In this document: positions 38,745 to 52,306 of the stretch, in pieces
How positions within the stretch are numbered: the first letter of the stretch is position 1
Layout: every line of letters starts with the position of its first letter
Assembly (NCBI RefSeq): GCF_006345805.1
Contig: NC_042997.1
Span: forward strand, 158,038,001 to 158,102,000
Direction of reading: 5' to 3'
Source: Octopus sinensis
Lineage: Eukaryota
DNA: 64,000 nucleotides
Notes under the pieces: generated by a model
Seen by the model: only the letters and a program-made list of their open reading frames with translations
Told to the model about the DNA's origin: nothing
The model's database searches: none
Position numbers and translations under genes: made by a program

Positions 38745-39132
38745 TCTATATATATAAAGCTGAAGTTGTCTGTGTGTGGCAGGTTTGGTAGCCTTCAACT
38801 AACACCATCTCCTTCGAGACCCTGCAGTGCAAGTTGACCAAAATTGAGAGTATGATAGAAGAAGGATTGCTCTACATTCTGTAGAAGATAAAATTCAAAT
38901 CGGACCATGTTAAAACCAAAAATTACTAACATCAAAAAGGTGCTTTTTTTCTATGAAAATCCCTATTTTTTACGATTTTTGACTGCTGTGTCACCATTTT
39001 TCGGTGTATTTCAACTGAAAAAATGTTCACTTGAAGAGAATAACAAGTTGCATAATGCAAAATTTTTACTTTTCAAAAATTCCAATTCTAAAGGGTCGAA
39101 ACAAATCCGAGCAACACCGGGTGATACTGCTA

Positions 39133-39133
<1 letters not shown>
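38745..39133 (+). mobile_element. Non-autonomous Helitron (389 bp)
   Basis: Begins a|TCtatatatataaagctg, ends with subterminal hairpin ccgagcaacaccgg and CTAG|t; A/T target, no TSD. Confidence 0.8.
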
Positions 39134-39173
<40 letters not shown>

Positions 39174-42100
39174 CATGTTTGTATGTGTGCATGTATGTAT
39201 GTACGTATGTATATGTGTGTGTGTGCGTGCGTGTATATACATACATATATTTATTTGTTTATACGTAAGTATATAGATAGTTATCTATGCATTTGTTGAT
39301 ATATATATATATACATATATGAGGTTACGCATTTACGAAGTGTTTTGCTTATAATGAATATAATCATCAAATAAAAATGAAATCATTGAATCAGAAAGTT
39401 ACTTTGAAGTGGTTCAGGACTTTTTAAATCGTGGGCGAGTATCATGTGAGTACCTCCGGTATCAATAAAAGCTCCGATATTGTCTTGTATGAGAATCTCA
39501 TGGCTAAGTTACCCTCATGCAGTTTATATATTTTCTTCTTTCTTATACTAGAAGCTACATGCTATAGCGTAACAGTTCTGTGAGTCTCGAGAACTGTATC
39601 CATGCCCAGCAAACTTGTGATTCCAATGTGATCGTAATTTTCCTTAAATGTCTTGTATGCATTATTACACACACACACACGCACAAACACACACAACAAA
39701 CTCTCTCTGTCACATGTACACCCAATGAATTAATATATGGTCGTGAATACAATTACAAAAGAAAATCAATCAATATACAATAGGAAAATAATATTTAAAT
39801 AGAAACTGAAGCTCAATAATACGACTCCGAATTTCACATTTCAGTTCGTTAGGTGACACTCGGAATCGTATTTCCGGAGTGTCAATATCTATTATACACT
39901 CACACGCGTACGCTTACCCACGCACTCATGCGCACACACATACACTGACAGAAACACACATACGTAAGAAAGGCTTCGCTCGTAACCCTCATACGTCTTT
40001 CACGATATACATCACAATTATTCTCCCTCAAATGTGTTGAACACATATTCATAAAGATCATGAATTATTTGAATATTTTCCCCATGTCTATAGAGGGAAA
40101 TATATAGGAGGAAAACATTACTTCTGATACGTAATATAATGAAAATAAGCGTGATTTTCCTTCGAAGAATATTTTTCTCTGCCGAACATTTCACCTGAAA
40201 AAAAAAACCTATGTAAACATCCTCCGCATACACATGAACACAGACCCGTACATGCATATAAACATACACGCACGCACACACATACACTTGCACCACACAC
40301 ATACACACGCAAGCAAAATGGCATATAGCTACCTCTTTTATGTTTAAAGTATACTTAGCAGTATCCATGGAAATTCCACGGCCCATTTTTGTGGTATAAT
40401 ATCAGCTATAAACATCTCGCCTGTCAGTAATAATACAGTGTCATTTCCTTTATAAAGTTACGTGAATTCAATTTTATTTATCTAAGAGTACTACACTGAC
40501 TTAGTATGTAAGTATATTATAGTATGATAATGAGCAAAATAAAATTTGTGCTGTAGGATTTAATATTTTATTGGCAAGGAAGAGGTTTATATCTTTTAAT
40601 ACTTTATTTTTTATTGCAGTACGCGTTAACATATATAACTGAAATACTGGAACTTTAATTGCATGGTAAGTTATATGCCTGTACAATTTAAAATACATGA
40701 ATTCTATCATAAAAATAAGTTGAACCAATCAAAAGGACATATACCTGACAAAAGATAAAGCAGATCCAAATAAAACATTTTGTGCACTAGGACCTATATT
40801 TGTGCTTCCATAACAAAATTGCAGAATTTTCTTGATTATATCTTGCCAAGTGTTTTAATTGGTGTCTTCTGTATTCATATGTATGTGTATGTAGTTGTAT
40901 TCTTGTTTTAGTGCTTGTGACCGTGTATGTCTTTATAACTTTTTATCTCTGTCCTATGATGGCAAAAGTAAAAAAGGTTATGGCGATAGATTGACTTACA
41001 CACATACGTGGACGCACACCACAGCAAACTCACATCTTCACATGTACGTGAATATATATGGGCATAAGAAACTACTACTTGCTATGTTAGTATTGGTGGG
41101 CAAGATAGCAACATCGGTTGTTATGGCAACAGTGATGGTGGAATCAGTGTTGTTAATAATGGTGTTAATGATGTACAGAAAATGATACAGGGAGGGAGAA
41201 AAGAATAAAGTAATGAAATAACTAAAATGCAATGAGATTCACCAAGCCTCTCGCTTCTTAGAATACACTCCTTTCTACCTTGTTATCCTACTTTCACCAT
41301 CATCAAGACCAATGTTATCGCTGGGCTCTCTACCTTATATTTTGAATTACTTCCTTGAGCATTACACACATTTTCCAAAGCTAGGAAAACTGATAAAATA
41401 TACAGATGTATTGTTGTTGCACAATGGAAACAGTGGGGAGTTACACAGAAAATCCATTTATCGGATTTATATGTGTTTCTGGTATTCCTTAACTTTCGTT
41501 AGAACTTGTTTCACAATCCGATCGTGGTAGTAAATAAAATTAGGGAATATTTTTCTTCAAAAAGCCGAGTTGATATTCGTAGAGTTGGTAGTTTCACAGT
41601 ATATCTATATATCACTAATACACTACGCCAAAACATACAAAAATCAGTATTTCAATAAGCCAGATTGCCTTGCTAAGAATTATAATGTAATTCCCGAATT
41701 TCATATCTATAAGTTAGACGTGTAGAAAGATATTTTAACGAGTTGTGCATTAAAAGGACATAAGATTCTACAAGGGACGACGATGTCCTAAATAAGAAAT
41801 GAATAATCTATTATAAAAAACAATCTGGGATTGTTGCTTGGGTGTGAATGTTTAAACCACTTTATATGTATGGTGGGTTTGAAATCTGAATAAGAGCAAA
41901 ATATCACGAACAAGCGAAGACAATGTATCTCCACCCCTGAATTTTCAAGTAAAATACGAATGATGAATTATGCAAAATTATTTCTTAAAATATATGAATG
42001 TTATTTCTTTGATGATTAAAACAAACTTTTATTTTGACATATGGTTATCTTGATACTGCAACTAAAGCATACAACCAAAATAGTTTATCATTTTGTCTCA

Positions 42101-43071
42101 TGCGTCTAAATATAATTAGAATTTAGTCTTGGTTCATTATTCTATCTATTTATATTTTGGCTTTTGTTTACCAACACACTAATTGATTCATATGTATATG
42201 AAGTGGGGGTCAATTATTGGAAGTTCTTTTCGAGTTATTGATTGTTTGCAAACAGAACTATAATTACCGAGACTAGGACAAGACTGTATCACCACCAACA
42301 ATGTGGAATCTCACCAGAGCCGGCCACATCACTACTGATGATGGTGATGATGATGTTGACTATGACCACAATGACGACGATGATGATGATGATTATCCTT
42401 CTATTCCTTTTTCTCATTGCTATCAATGTCATCACTGTCGTCTTTGCCATCATCATTGTCGTCGTCACCATTACATTGCACAAGTACTATCGCTGCTATT
42501 TCATATCTGTTGAATATCACTACTTACAAGCCCACATAAAACATAGAGTATAATAAACCAGTGGCGATAACTACATGACCACCGAATATTTTATTTTTCC
42601 ACTCCTCACAACTACTAAGTTTCACTTCCAGATTTTGAACTTGAGACTGTACGAACAAAGGGGGAAGCCTCTATATAGTCACTGTACCAGTAAAAGTAGC
42701 AGTGTAAGCTTTGTATGTCATACACCACTGTCTTAAAAAGATGATAAAATCACTGTAAAATGTAGTTCCAAACATTTTGTATTTGAATTTAAGATATTCT
42801 AATTTTACCATTTGCCTGCTCTATCAGTGATGAACTGGAGAGTAAAAACTATTAAATTCTGCATTCCCTAAAAGTACAAACATAAGGCTGCTCGAAATGT
42901 GCAGGAATTTTGGCTAATTTAGTCATAGAGGCACCAAGGGAAAGAAATGCATGCCTTTCCTGTGCAGAACACATTTGAACATAAACATGTTCGGTGATGG
43001 TTGATCGAGAGTAAAACATCAAAAGCAACTACAACAATCAATTCCGGCCAAACAAAATCAGTAATCAATTA

Positions 43072-43330
43072 AAACCGGTACTCCGTCGGTTACGGCGACC
43101 AGGTCTTCATTTGATCCAATCAACCGAACAGCTTGCTCGTGAAATTAATGTGCAAGTGGCTGAGAATTCCACGAACACGCGTACCCTTAACGTACGCATA
43201 TTCGTGTACGTTATTCAACGTGGAGAGATTCAACGGGACACAGAATGTGACAAGGCTGGTAATTTGAAATGCAGTTACAACTCATTTTTGCCAGCTGAAT
43301 GCACTGGAGCAATGTGAAATAAAGCGTCTT
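43072..43330 (-). mobile_element. SINE related to family C (headless)
   Basis: rc contains tttatttcacattgctccagtgcattcagctggcaaaaatgagttg, matching the core at 22272-22316. Confidence 0.65.
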
Positions 43331-44480
43331 AATCACTATTAACATCAAACCCTTCTATGGTCGCTCAGAAGACATTCGTTTGTCTTCAAAGTTCGGTGAA
43401 ATTGATGCGGTTTCTATTCATCTTGAATATCTGTAAACAGATGTCTGCAGCAACAACAGAGCAACAAGGGAATTCGCGAAGAACACTAATCAAGGCGTGG
43501 GTATAAAGCCTGGAATGTGATTTCGAGCAGCAATTGGAGAGAGGATGGCACATAAATCATTGAGTAACGGTTATTTCAGGAAGCTGTACATGGAAACGGT
43601 TTGTAATTACAAGTATATTTATATATACACGTACACAATCAAACACGCATACGGACATGAGCCCTTAAGCTCACATACATGTGTATATACGTACGTGCTT
43701 GTGCGTGTATGCGCGTTACTTGCAAATGTATCTTCTTCGTCGGTATCAAAATCTAACAGCAACTAACTTAACGGTCATATTCTTCCGATGAAATAAACAT
43801 AACTAGTGGATACCTTACTTCCTTTCCACAACATAGTTCAACAGATTCTTAAAGGGAGAGATATTGTGTGTTGTGTGTGTTTGAGTGTATGTGTGTGTGC
43901 GTGCTTGTGTACGTGTGTGTGCGTGCGTGTGTGCGTGCGTGCGTGTGCGCGTGTGTGTTCGTGTGTGTGCGGGTGTGAGTACGTGTTTGTGTATGTGTGT
44001 GTGTGCGTGTGTTTGCGTGTATGTGTACGTGTATGTGAGCGAGATAGAGATAAATATATAGAGAAATAGAGAAGAGAGAGATAGAAAGATAGAGAGAGGA
44101 GAGAGAAAAGGAGAAAAAATGAGGAATCTTTTATAGTTTATCAATTTTCAACTCTACAAAGATATTCAAAGTTGATTTTGGCTGATTTTCATCACAGAGC
44201 ATAAGGAGTAGAGAGACAAGAACTAATATCACAAGGTACTTTTCTGATGCTCGAAGGGTTTTTGCCAATCAACAGGCCCTTAAGGTAATACAAATTATAT
44301 TATTTGTAATTTATATTTTACATGTTATTTTCAAGTTTCATAAAATTGGGGGAACACAAAGGAGTAATTCCGTTTTTACAAATATAATTAGCAAAAGATG
44401 AAATTGTATGTCGATTCAGGAGAATTTTCATTATATACAAAAGTTAATGTAGTATATGATTCGTACGAGCCAAGCAATGT

Positions 44481-44935
44481 TTCAGTTAAATAGCCCGAGT
44501 TGAGTGGCTCTCTCTATCCGCTCAGTCGAAGTCGACTCTCGGTCACTCGTTGGATCAGTGTCCTCCAGTCAGTTCTATCCTGGACCGCTTCTTTCAGATT
44601 GGTTATGTCCATTCCAGTATCACTCTTGATGGTGTCAAGCCAGCTGGTTCTTGGTCGGCCTCTTCCTGTCTTGCCACTGACCATTTCCGAGCATGATTTC
44701 CTTCTCCAGGGATTTTCTCCGCATAATATGACCGAAATATGCCAATCTATGCTTGGTGATCCTAGCTTCTAGCGACATTTTCGGCCTTTTCTCGCTTAAG
44801 AACTCTCCATTGGTGAGCCTCGCTGTCCATGGAATCCGCAAAAGTCTTCTCCAACACCAAAGCTCGAATGCATTAATTCTCTTCTGGTTAGCTTTCTTTA
44901 GTGTTCAGGTCTCGCATCCATATGTTGCTATTTGT
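44481..44935 (-). mobile_element. RTE-clade LINE 3' fragment
   Basis: YGCET*TLKKANQKRINAFELWCWRRLLRIPWTARLTN...HRLAYFGHIMRR...RKRGRPRTSWLDTIK, typical RTE/BovB-like C-terminus. Confidence 0.85.
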
Positions 44936-44968
44936 AAATAATTAAAAGCCTATTACTTATATGATAAA

Positions 44969-46215
44969 CGAGGGGCGTTCAATAAGTAATGCCCCTGACC
45001 CACTTCCCATAGCAGTAGAGCAATGACACTTGGCATAGTTATTAGACTTTTCCTACATAGGAACTACCCAGAGTTATGCATTTCTCCCATCGTTTGATAC
45101 AGTTCTGGAGACCGTTTTTGTAGAAGACCCCAGCTTGGTCCTCCAACCACGACGTGACTTCAGAAATCAAGGCTGCATCATCTGGGAAACGCTTTCCTTT
45201 CAAAATCAACTTCATGGCTGGGAAGAGGTGAAAATCAGAGGGTGCAAAGGGAGGAGTTCAAAGCTGCACGCCTGTGCTTCTGATCTGGCGACACGCGAGT
45301 TGTGGACCGGAGCGTCGTCCTGCAGGAGGAGGATGCCTTTGCTGATCTTGCCCCGCCTCTTGATTTTGATAGCTTCTCTTAATTTCCTCAAAAGTGAAGC
45401 ATAATAGGATCCTGTAATTGTGGTACCCTTTGCCAGGAAATCTGTCATCACTACTCCGTCCTGGTCCCAGAAGACTGTGAGCATAACCTTGTCAGCGGAG
45501 GGCTGCACCCTTGCCTTCTTTGGAGGAGGTGAGTCACGGTGCTTTCACTGCATTGACTGGGCTTTGGTCTATGGATCATAGTGATGGACCCAGGTTTTAT
45601 CCTGTGTGATCAGTCTTTTGAAAAATTTTGACTCATCTTCTTGGCACATCTCCAAATTCATCCTCGAGCACTCAACGCGTTCTTGCTTCTGGAAAGGTGT
45701 GAGCAACCTGGAAATCCATCTGGCAGACACCTTTTGCATATGCAAATGGTCATGAATGATAGTTTCCACAGACCCGGTACTAATCTTGACCTTATGGGCT
45801 ATTTGGCGAATAGTTATGCGTTGACCTTCCAAAATGGCAGCCTCAACTTGACGGACAGACGTCTCATCAACGGCAGAAGGGGGCGACCAGATCTGGGAGC
45901 TGTTTCCACAGAGTTCCGACTATGTTTGAATTCACAATGCCAGCGTTTTACAAGGTCATATGATGGGGCACCATCACCATCAGTTACTTTCATTTCAGCA
46001 AAAGTCTCCCGTGGTGTGCGTTCTTTCAAATACAGAAACCAGATCACTGCTCGACACTCAACAGGCTCCATTTCACACTTGACTCAGTTCAAACACCTGT
46101 AAATCAGAAACCACAGTTAGTTCAGAGCTGTAATTCGCCACTTAATCTATAGAGGTGTAAATAAGATCAAACAACTGCAAGTGGGTCAGGAGCATTACTT
46201 ATTGAATGCCCCTCG
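44969..46215 (-). mobile_element. Near full-length inactive mariner element (1247 bp)
   Basis: 37-bp TIRs cgaggggc[g/a]ttcaataagtaatgc[c/t]cctgacccactt with 2 mismatches, TA on the right; transposase pieces MEPVECRAVI..., KVSARWISRLLT, ITQDKTWVHHYDP, KVMLTVFWDQDG, LLLQDDAPVH; stops/frameshifts, and the YSPDLAPSD region is deleted. Confidence 0.92.
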
Positions 46216-46898
46216 TAAATTGTAACAACTTTACACGGTTTGGTAGAGATAGCTTGTTTAATTCTAGCAGATTAGTTTACGTTTTTGGTTGTAGCCTTTT
46301 CATTATTGTCATTAAAAGCAATATAAAAGGCATTGTCGTCTCTCACAATCTCATTTCCCGGTTTACAGAAAGCGAATAAAGAGAGTTAACTATTGTTACA
46401 TACATAGATGCCAACTCACACATGCACATAATTTCTTCTCTCAATATTATTTTATTATATTTTTCTAACGGTTCAATTTATTTAAATTTAAATGTTGTTT
46501 ACGACATTCCTGATATTTTTGAGTATTTAATTCTGTTTTCGCAATGCTAGACTTAATTAAATTATATTTTTCTTTTATATTATATAAAATATAATCTAAG
46601 AGATACTGCAACCGAATTCTGTTTGTTTCAGTTCGTGTAAGTCATTTGTTTTAATATTTAATTCCATTCCATGATAGCCGTTTTATGAAAGAGAGATTGC
46701 TTTTACTCCCCCGCACACGTTGACAAGTCTGACTCCTACGCATGCCAAGAGACAATAATTTCTAATGGCATCATCATATTTTGAGAGATTCGTTTTTCAG
46801 AATTATATCTAAGAAACATACATATATGTATATATGTATCATAAATAACATACATGCGAGATATACATACAGAAATACAGGAAAGTATATACGTATGC

Positions 46899-46969
46899 AT
46901 GTATGTATGTATGTATGTATGTATGTATGTATGTATGTATGTATGTATGTATGTATGTATGCATGTATG

Positions 46970-47024
<55 letters not shown>

Positions 47025-47070
47025 TTGAGAGAGAGAGTGAGAGAGAGAGAGAGACGGAGAGAAAGAAAGA
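46899..47070. repeat. (TATG)n/(TA)n/(GA)n microsatellites
   Basis: Direct reading. Confidence 0.9.
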
Positions 47071-47139
47071 GATGTGAAAATACAATTGTTAAATGTGCAT
47101 GTAACCGGGAATGTGCATTTTCATTTTATTGTCATATCA

Positions 47140-47640
47140 TCTTTTCCATATCTAAATACTACACGCCCACTTTTTCTAGAAACAATGATCACTCTAGAAT
47201 TTCAAACTGCATAGAATTTACTCAACTGAAGAGATTTTTAAGTCAAAAGCATGGCAGTTCAGTATCTAGCTGGCTAAACACGATCCATTTTGCGTACCCT
47301 GTCTCCATTCTCTTCAAAACTGGATCGTTTTCATCCTGTTTCTGTATCGAATCGTAGACGGAGACCCATTGGGTGGGTTAGTTTCATTCAATTGACGTGG
47401 GACCCAAACATCGAGCTTCTTCATGTAACCAAGTTGACACACAAGCTTTTCAAAACAAGACTTAAATATTTGGAGACTATCTGCGATCATCCCCGTCGTA
47501 TAACGGGATTTGATGATAACTAACACCTTCATTTTGCTATTGTGATTTTTAGGTGGCCGACCAGAGGAAAATTTGAAAACAACGCCTGGGACACACGTTC
47601 TGTAAAAGCATCATCTCCATACACAACATATATATTCCTG
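47140..47640 (-). mobile_element. Decayed mariner transposase fragment (Mos1-like)
   Basis: LGYMKKLDVWVPRQLNETN followed by a decayed catalytic-domain start. Confidence 0.7.
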
Positions 47641-48040
47641 TTGGTTTACGCCACTTTCTCGTCTTTTTAAAAATTAAAAAGCATGAGGTATCCATAATGT
47701 TTATTTTGGTTCTCTGTTCTCAGTGTGATTGCAAGCACAAGTTACAACCTGGCTCGTTGCAAATTCACATCGAATTACTTTGGAGAATCAAATATCTAAC
47801 GAGTGCTCATGCACAAGGGATATACTGAATCCAGCTACTTAGTGTGCTTGAAGCTGAGCGTTGTAAAAACTGTTCAGAGTTTTTGGTCAACCCTCTATTT
47901 TGCATATTTTCTGACTAGCTAATTACTTTACACCCCTCCACACATATAATTGAATTACGCAACTGTTTAGCAATGTATCACCAAAAGAGAAAACTATAAT
48001 TGTCATTAAATATGAAAGATGGTGTTAGAACACATACAAT

Positions 48041-48655
48041 GCTAGCGATTCGCTAAAACCTCCATAAATTTCTATGGTGTAGACATATGTAATGCTGGTG
48101 ATCTTGCCCGGAAACTGGCGAGTTGTGCCGATCCTACCGAAAAGGCCTCAGTCTTAAAGTCGAAATCGTAGAGAGTATAGGGACATCACGACTGCCACTT
48201 TCGGGCGTTTATTGTCGTTATCAGTATGTATGTGTAAAATTATGTGCGTTGACTGCAGCATCCGAGAACTTTAGGTTTTATTTCTAGCAATGTAGCTGTT
48301 CTAACATCTGTCATATTTTATGATAATTGTAGCTTCCATTTTTTCTGATACATTGCTAAACAGCTGCTGAGTTCAATTATTTGTATACACATTAGCAATT
48401 CGCTAAATCATCGATAGATTTCTAAGGAGTACACATATGTACTATTGTTGATCTTGTTCAGAAACTGGCGAGTTATGCCGACCCTCCAGAAGGAGTTTCT
48501 GTCTTAACGGTATAAGGATATCACGACTGCCACTTCCGGCCGTTTACGGTCGCTGTCAGTATGTATGTATACAATTATGTACGTTGATCGCAGTATCAGA
48601 GCACTTTAGCTTTTATTTGTAGCATTGTAAGTAACCTAACACCCTCTGTCATATA
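48041..48655. repeat. Old diverged two-copy tandem duplication (~335-350-bp period)
   Basis: gaaactggcgagtt at 48111 and 48461; tcacgactgccactt at 48186 and 48521; cagtatgtatgt in both copies. Confidence 0.8.
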
Positions 48656-49175
48656 GAAGGGTAACACGTACTTTGCCAGAAACAAGGGTTAAAAGACTCT
48701 TAGAGTCGTACAGAAGCACTTGCCCATACACTGACGAGGAAGAAAACCGCCACAGGAAGTAAGGAAAGAAAAGACAAGACTCAAATTTTCACAGAATGTT
48801 TTATCATTCACCAAAGATGAGTATTCACAGCAGTTGTGGATATTAAAGTTTTTAAAGCTGATCGTTTGTGTGTTTGAAAACTGTAGATATGTAAATTTGT
48901 AAATTTGTAAATTTCTCAACTTATTTTGAAGGGAATTTTAAATACTCACAGGATATTGTAGATATTCCAGTCTCTGGGAGTTATTTTCCCCCGTTGTCCT
49001 GCTGGGTCATATTAGTGCTTATATGGCTTTCGGCTACTGAATGGTCAGAGCCGTGAGGAAGACGTCCAGCCGCTGTCAAGGCTGGTGCTCTCTCATAAAA
49101 AAATGAAAATTTAATATTTTAACTTTAATTAAAAAGAAAAGAAAATTTCAAACAGTACACCGAATAGCTAGTCCA

Positions 49176-49640
49176 ATGGTTATTCTGGAAGCGCGCCTGT
49201 CAGGAGGCTGTCAGCCTGACGGCGAAAAATTTTCAAATGGCAGAAAATCTTCCCCGAATACGAAGCATCCACACCAGCATCCATACCATCATCCACATAC
49301 CTACACATGCACATACGCAAACGTCAAGGTCACCAGGCTTCTTCCACATGCACATGCATGCTCTCTTATACACGCGCATGCGCACCTTCGTTTTGATATC
49401 ACAACTACTTTATTATTTCCCCTTCTTCCTAGCTCTCCTGTGTGACCCCTCTGTCCAGCATTTGCCATGATATATCGCTAGCTACGCATTCTTTATTTTC
49501 TCTCCCTGTTTCTGTCTGTGTTCCTTTCAGTGGAAGAGCGCAGGCTCGAAACGTTAAAACTTTTTCACTTACCGAGCATTAAACTGATACATCTGTTTGT
49601 TGTCTACACCACTCGTCTTCGTCTTTATTTTTGTGAATTC
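49176..49640 (+). mobile_element. Probable Penelope-like element 3' end/pLTR remnant
   Basis: EARLSGGCQPDGEKFSN resembles the PLE C-terminal RLGTLQPxGxNxxFS; downstream hammerhead-derived motif at 49525-49559. Confidence 0.45.
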
Positions 49641-49682
49641 TCCCCAACAATATATAACACACACTCACACACACACACACAC

Positions 49683-49744
<62 letters not shown>

Positions 49745-52232
49745 CATACATACATATATATGTATATATATATATATATTGTTGTATTTCAGGATGGTAA
49801 TTAGTTTTGGCCAAATAAACACACACACTTCGTTCTTCACTCGTTTATAACTGTTCTTCTTTTAAATAGTGTCCACTGCCTGGAAATCTTTTGTCACACA
49901 TTTGTGACCTCTTCAGCGACACTTTCCGTCCTCGTGTGTGCTTTTGCTCCGCGTAGTCCATATATATATAACTGAGTGTGTTTGTGTACATCATTATATA
50001 CCGTGTCCGATGACGTCAGAGCTTAACTGGATGTTCTAGGCTTAGATCGAGATTAAATGACTATTTACAGAACAAGCCATTAGTCCGCCAGTACTAATCC
50101 AGAAATACCCGTGGTTCAGAATGTTGTAGATCAACTTGAAATAAACTTCCTTGTTCAAAGCCTCATCGCGCTGACCGATACAGTAAGCGAACATGTGGTC
50201 TAACGAAGGGGGGCCCAAAAAACCTGGCCATTCGGCGTACATATATTAATATAATTTTTTTTAATTATATCAATTATTGCAAATATTAGTTGAACGAAGA
50301 ATTCAATACGTGAAATGGCAATAAATATATATTATAGAAAAGATATTCTCTTGAATTTTGTCAATGCTGGGTTTGAAACTGTAATAGAATAAGTGAAATT
50401 AACTGTATAAACAGAGTGAGATAAACGAAGCCAGAGTGAATTATAAATAATAGTTGACTGCGAATATTTTAGAAAGGGAAAAGCAAATAGAAATTTCCAA
50501 TGAAGTGTAAAAAAGAAGTAAGAAAGAAGAATGTGCAAATCTGGAATAAGATTTAGATCAATAATCTTACGTGTATATATATATGATTTAGGTGTATAAT
50601 ATAGGTGTAAATAAGGGATTGTGATGTCAGTTGTAAAAAATACTAAACGCGATCACCTAATATTTGAAATGTTAACTCAAATTTGTGTGCAGTGTAAGAC
50701 AAGAATATGAAACATTAGAAAGCTAATATTGAATAAGATCAAAGTCAAAAGGGAAATCGATTCTGTCAGGTTCTGATAAAATATAGTTATATGTCTTCAT
50801 GAAGGCTATAAAAAAACTCAATATGCTGCAATTTATTTTAACAGCTATAGAGATTCTATATTATACAAATAGATTTGCTAGCATATATATACGTGCACAC
50901 ATACACACTAATTCACAAACACTCACACAATATGCGTACAAATGGAGACGTATATAAATGAACACACACACAGGTAAACGCACACACATTTTCGCCTAAT
51001 AGTATACATATGTGCATAAATAAGTATGTAGATGTAGAAATACCAACGCACCTGCATAACGCATTAATATAAGTGAATGTAAATAAAAAGATAACGGAAT
51101 AAGGGAGGAATAACAATTAAAGAATTTGTATTAAATGTATGGCAAAAAGGGCATAGCGGGATCTACTTGAACAAGTATACGATACAGTGGAGAAAAATGA
51201 GACTATCCTACATTCAAGTAAGAATGTAGGGTGGTCTCATTGTGTTGGGGTTTCAAACAAATTACACACAACTCTGACAAATAGCAATGTAGTGTAACTG
51301 TGAAGGTTATTCTTCAGAAAAGATATTGGCAAGGAGATAGATGTGATTTTTTAAAATTAATGACTAAAACACTTACTTTCTAGTTAAGGAAAAGCACAGT
51401 GCTTTGTAATACCTATATGTCTTAAACAGTTTAGTTGACAATAGAAAATATTTTCTGAGTTTTGGACCATTTGTTTGCTGGCTATCAGGATTATAGTTGT
51501 CTCACGAATTTTTAATTGCGTAATATGATTCTCTTCGTATCAAATGTTTATTTTCCGTTTGATCATTTTCACAGCAGCTAACAAACAAAATTTATATATT
51601 TTCTACTTGCTTTTGGAATGTATTTGTATACTCTGGTTAAATCTCAATGGTTCAGGATAATTTTGATCTGAAGACCAATGGTCAATGAAAAAAACCAGGC
51701 AGATGTTTGAAATTATGAATCTTAGATGAGGTTACGCATTTTTAGTAGGGTGTTTTAGGATCTTTAAAATACAAAAGGTATGTGTAAACTGTATGTCTCC
51801 AGTAAAAATAATCCACTGATACACTGAAAAACTACATATATTTAATAAAATCGCAATTTGATAAAATCACAATTAACTCCTTTACACATAATACGGATGC
51901 AACAAAACTTTCTAAAATCTCCCATTTCATGTTAGTAACAGTGAAACAACTCTGCAGGCCCACAGCACATGAGCGTGCGTGCAAATGCTTCTGGTATGCA
52001 TAAGCTCATACATATTTTGTACATGATTTGAAATTTGATTAAATTATGTGTAAGAAATGTAGCAAAACAAATTCAGCGCATATATATTTTTTACGTGTTG
52101 TACAGACACCCGTGTCATCTTCGAGATTCATTATCCCTGGACTGATACATTTTGGCACCAAGTCAAGTACTAAGTTTAATGGTATCAATTAACAACCTTA
52201 AAACTGCTGACCTTGCGCCTAAATCAGGATCA

Positions 52233-52306
<74 letters not shown>

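Noticed and set aside
40620-40665. 46-nt segment with strong acceptor and ATG|gtaagt donor
   Set aside because: Stops in all three frames. It could be a UTR exon but there is no supporting context.
50195-50235. ctaacgaagggggg cccaaaaaac hammerhead-like relic
   Set aside because: Both core segments are mutated and the stems are unsupported; too weak to call.
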